64,000 nt of DNA from Blastocystis sp. Blastoise (lineage: Eukaryota; Protista; Bigyra: Opalinata). The position numbers and the translations under genes were made by a program. Shown here piece by piece: positions 61,251-64,000 of the stretch; the stretch's first letter is position 1; each line of letters begins with the position of its first letter. The notes beneath the pieces were generated by a model. The model was given only the letters and a program-made list of their open reading frames with translations. It made no database searches and was not told where the DNA came from. The stretch covers positions 62,001 through 126,000 of the forward strand of contig JBBPEB010000021.1 of the NCBI GenBank assembly GCA_039096225.1, given 5' to 3'.

Positions 61251-61804
61251 ACTTTTTATTATCATTTTATCAATTAACTAACTATAAATCATAAAATGTT
61301 ATAAACGATAGCAGTAAAATAATTTATATAAACATATATTTGAAAAAACACTTTTATTTGATATATCTTTTGATCTTTTATGCATTTCTTTTGTTAATTC
61401 ATTATTTTCATTTTTTATTCTGTTTTTATATATATATGTATGCAATCCACAAAAATCAATTATAATGAAAATAATGTATATTCAATCAAATAACATTAAT
61501 TCATAACTCAATTTTAATTACTTTTTCTTTAATATTCAAAAAATTATCTTTAACGTCTTTCTACAATACTGAATCACTTATTTCAACTTGATTCATTCTT
61601 GAAATCCTAGTATATACGATCATCAAATAAATCTGAAAAAAAGTGAATAAAAATTAAGTTTTTCTTAAAATCTGGGGAGAATTCATTCTTCACTATGTGT
61701 TTGATGAATAATCATAAATTTAAAAAAGAAATGAAAAAAGAAAATAATTCAGAAAACAAGTCCATAAATTTTTCTTTTTAACTTTTTGTATTCATCTAAC
61801 AAAT

Positions 61805-63284
61805 ATGGATTCTGAAACTATTAAAGATCTTATTGGACTATTACAAGATAAAAAACCTGATGTTCGTCAAGTAGCTTCTCAATATATTGCTGGAATCACA
61901 GCTACTACTGAAGGTTGTAACTTGATCAGTTCTTTAGATGGACATTTGAAGTTAACAAAGATGGTTGGTGATAGTTATCCTATTGCCAAGAATGCTATTG
62001 TTGCTTTAACAAATATGTGTGAAGACAGCAAGGCATTAGCTGAAATGACAAGTGACGATTTGATAGAGAAACTCTTTGAAAACTTATTAGATAAAGAATA
62101 TCCTCTTGTAGATATTACTTTGATGCTTCTTGCTAATTTATCAAGAGTATGTTGTGATTGTAGTTTTCGTTATTATGAATATATTTATTATATTTTAGAC
62201 TGAAATTGGTGCTGGTGGTGTTTTAGGTTTACGAAAATTTGGAGGTAAATTAAAAGTATGTATATATGTGTATCTTTATTATTATTATTGATTTTTTTGT
62301 TATTATTTTTTTTGTTATTATTATTATTATTATATATATAAAAGGTTTACATGTATATCGTTTATTGAATATGCTTATGAAGACGAAAACATTAGAACAG
62401 AATAAAAATGTTTATTTAAATACTTATAATGAAAAAGAAGAAGAAGATAATTATAAATATATATTTATGATTCTTCAAAATATTTGTATTGTATGTAGTT
62501 ATTATTATTATTTTATTTTTAAGTTAATTATTTATTTATTTTTTATTTATATATTATTATTATTATTATTAAATTAATTATTTATTTATTTTTTATTTAT
62601 ATATTATTATTATTGTTTTTAAATTATTTATTTATTATTTTTTAATTATATTTTTATTATTATTATACTATATATATATGTATAGTTAGAAGAAGGTCGT
62701 GCATTAATATGTGATATTAACCGTGATATTCTTCAAGATCTCCTTCTCTTCCTCTATCATCCTATATATACACGTAGACATGGCATAATTAGTATGCTTA
62801 AAAATATAGCAAAAGATCCAAATTATAGATATATATTCTTAGATAAAGAATATATGGAGAAATATCATATTATTAATAGATTATTATATATACTTGAAGG
62901 AAATATACCTTTTGAAGGAAATGTATTATGTTTTTTATATTTATTTATGCTTATTATATTTATGATTATTATGTTTATAATAATAATAATAATAATTATA
63001 TATATATATATATATATATAGGATATATGGAAAGTTGATTCTGAAGTTTATGAATCACTTGGAAAAAAAATAAGAGAACCTGTATATATATATTAATAAT
63101 AATTATATATATATATTAATAATAATAATAATAATAATAATAATTATTATTATTATTATATATAGAATGTAGAATTAATTCATACTATTTTAGAAATATT
63201 TACACTTTTATGTGAAAAACGTGATGGTAGAGATATATGCAGATATCAAGGTGTATATATCTGTGTCAGAAATATGCATGTATG

Positions 63285-63352
<68 letters not shown>

Positions 63353-63772
63353 TTATGATGAATTATTAAAAGAAGAATCTGTCGATCTTATTGATGAATT
63401 AGTAAATATATATATATATAATAATATAAATAACATAATAATAATAAACATAATATTTAACATAATAATAATAAACATAATAATAATAAACATAATAATA
63501 ACCATAATAATATATATATAGGTAAATTATTTAATGGGTGATGAAGAAGATATAGAGAATGAAGTCTTAATGAAAAAGATATATACAGAACGAGGTGTAT
63601 TTAGTCATACAGAACAAGAAAGACAGGCTATAGAACATTCTATCGAAATCGAAGAAATTGCTTGTATATATATATCTATATATATTTTTTTTTAAATCAA
63701 TAATAATTAGAATTTATATAATTATACTTATTTTCTATAGCTGACGATGATGATATGCCTGAATTAGAATAA
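61805..63772 (+). CDS. HGH1: HGH1/FAM203 armadillo-repeat eEF2 chaperone, 9 exons
   Basis: LIGLL..PDVRQ, MLLANLSR, EEGR, RRHGIISMLKN, REP, GRDICRYQGVY..RNMH and LVNYLMGDE. Two junctions need non-canonical ends. Confidence 0.88.
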
Positions 63773-64000
63773 ATATATATTTTTTGAATAAAAATATATT
63801 ACAAATCGTTTTCTTTTGTATATTTTGGTGTTCATTTTAATTTTTAGTTTGGTTCCTATGGTTTCCATGATCACACAAACGTAATAAACATTTGAATACC
63901 ACAAAGAGATCATCTGCAACTAATTCTTTCCTTTTCTTACTCAACATATTCTAACAATAACATCAATGACTCTTGAAAATAATATAAAATATTACATATC

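Overview
Very AT-rich, intron-dense eukaryotic nuclear DNA using the standard genetic code. It resembles a low-GC Blastocystis-like stramenopile (inference from BTB-TLDc paralogues, glycosyltransferases and AT-AC introns; not proven). I traced about 120 coding introns by hand and reconstructed 18 protein genes: a GT31 glycosyltransferase, ARPC1, a CH-LIM-LIM protein, two MIT-like proteins, two BTB-like/TLDc paralogues, a ZZ/U-box ligase, SEN1, a BTB-LRR protein, DBP6/DDX51, a second glycosyltransferase-like gene, a C2H2 zinc-finger protein, an Arf-like GTPase, YqgF, a TFIIS-N/SPT2 protein, NSE4 and HGH1. There are also two MITEs, a probable pseudogene and an ORF-less multi-intron locus. The main signals are: (1) four or five junctions in DBP6 and HGH1 that keep conserved motifs in frame only as GT..AA or AT..AG introns, each one A-to-G change from canonical (RNA editing, relaxed splicing or assembly error); (2) a GC-rich TTCCCG[C/T]GG / CCGCGG motif overlaid on exons in all frames and both orientations; (3) three AT-AC introns and one GT-AG intron with U12-type signals, all phase 0; (4) a Mutator-like MITE in a coding exon that could be spliced out in frame; (5) introns with self-complementary (TA)n ends; (6) a spliced putative ncRNA.
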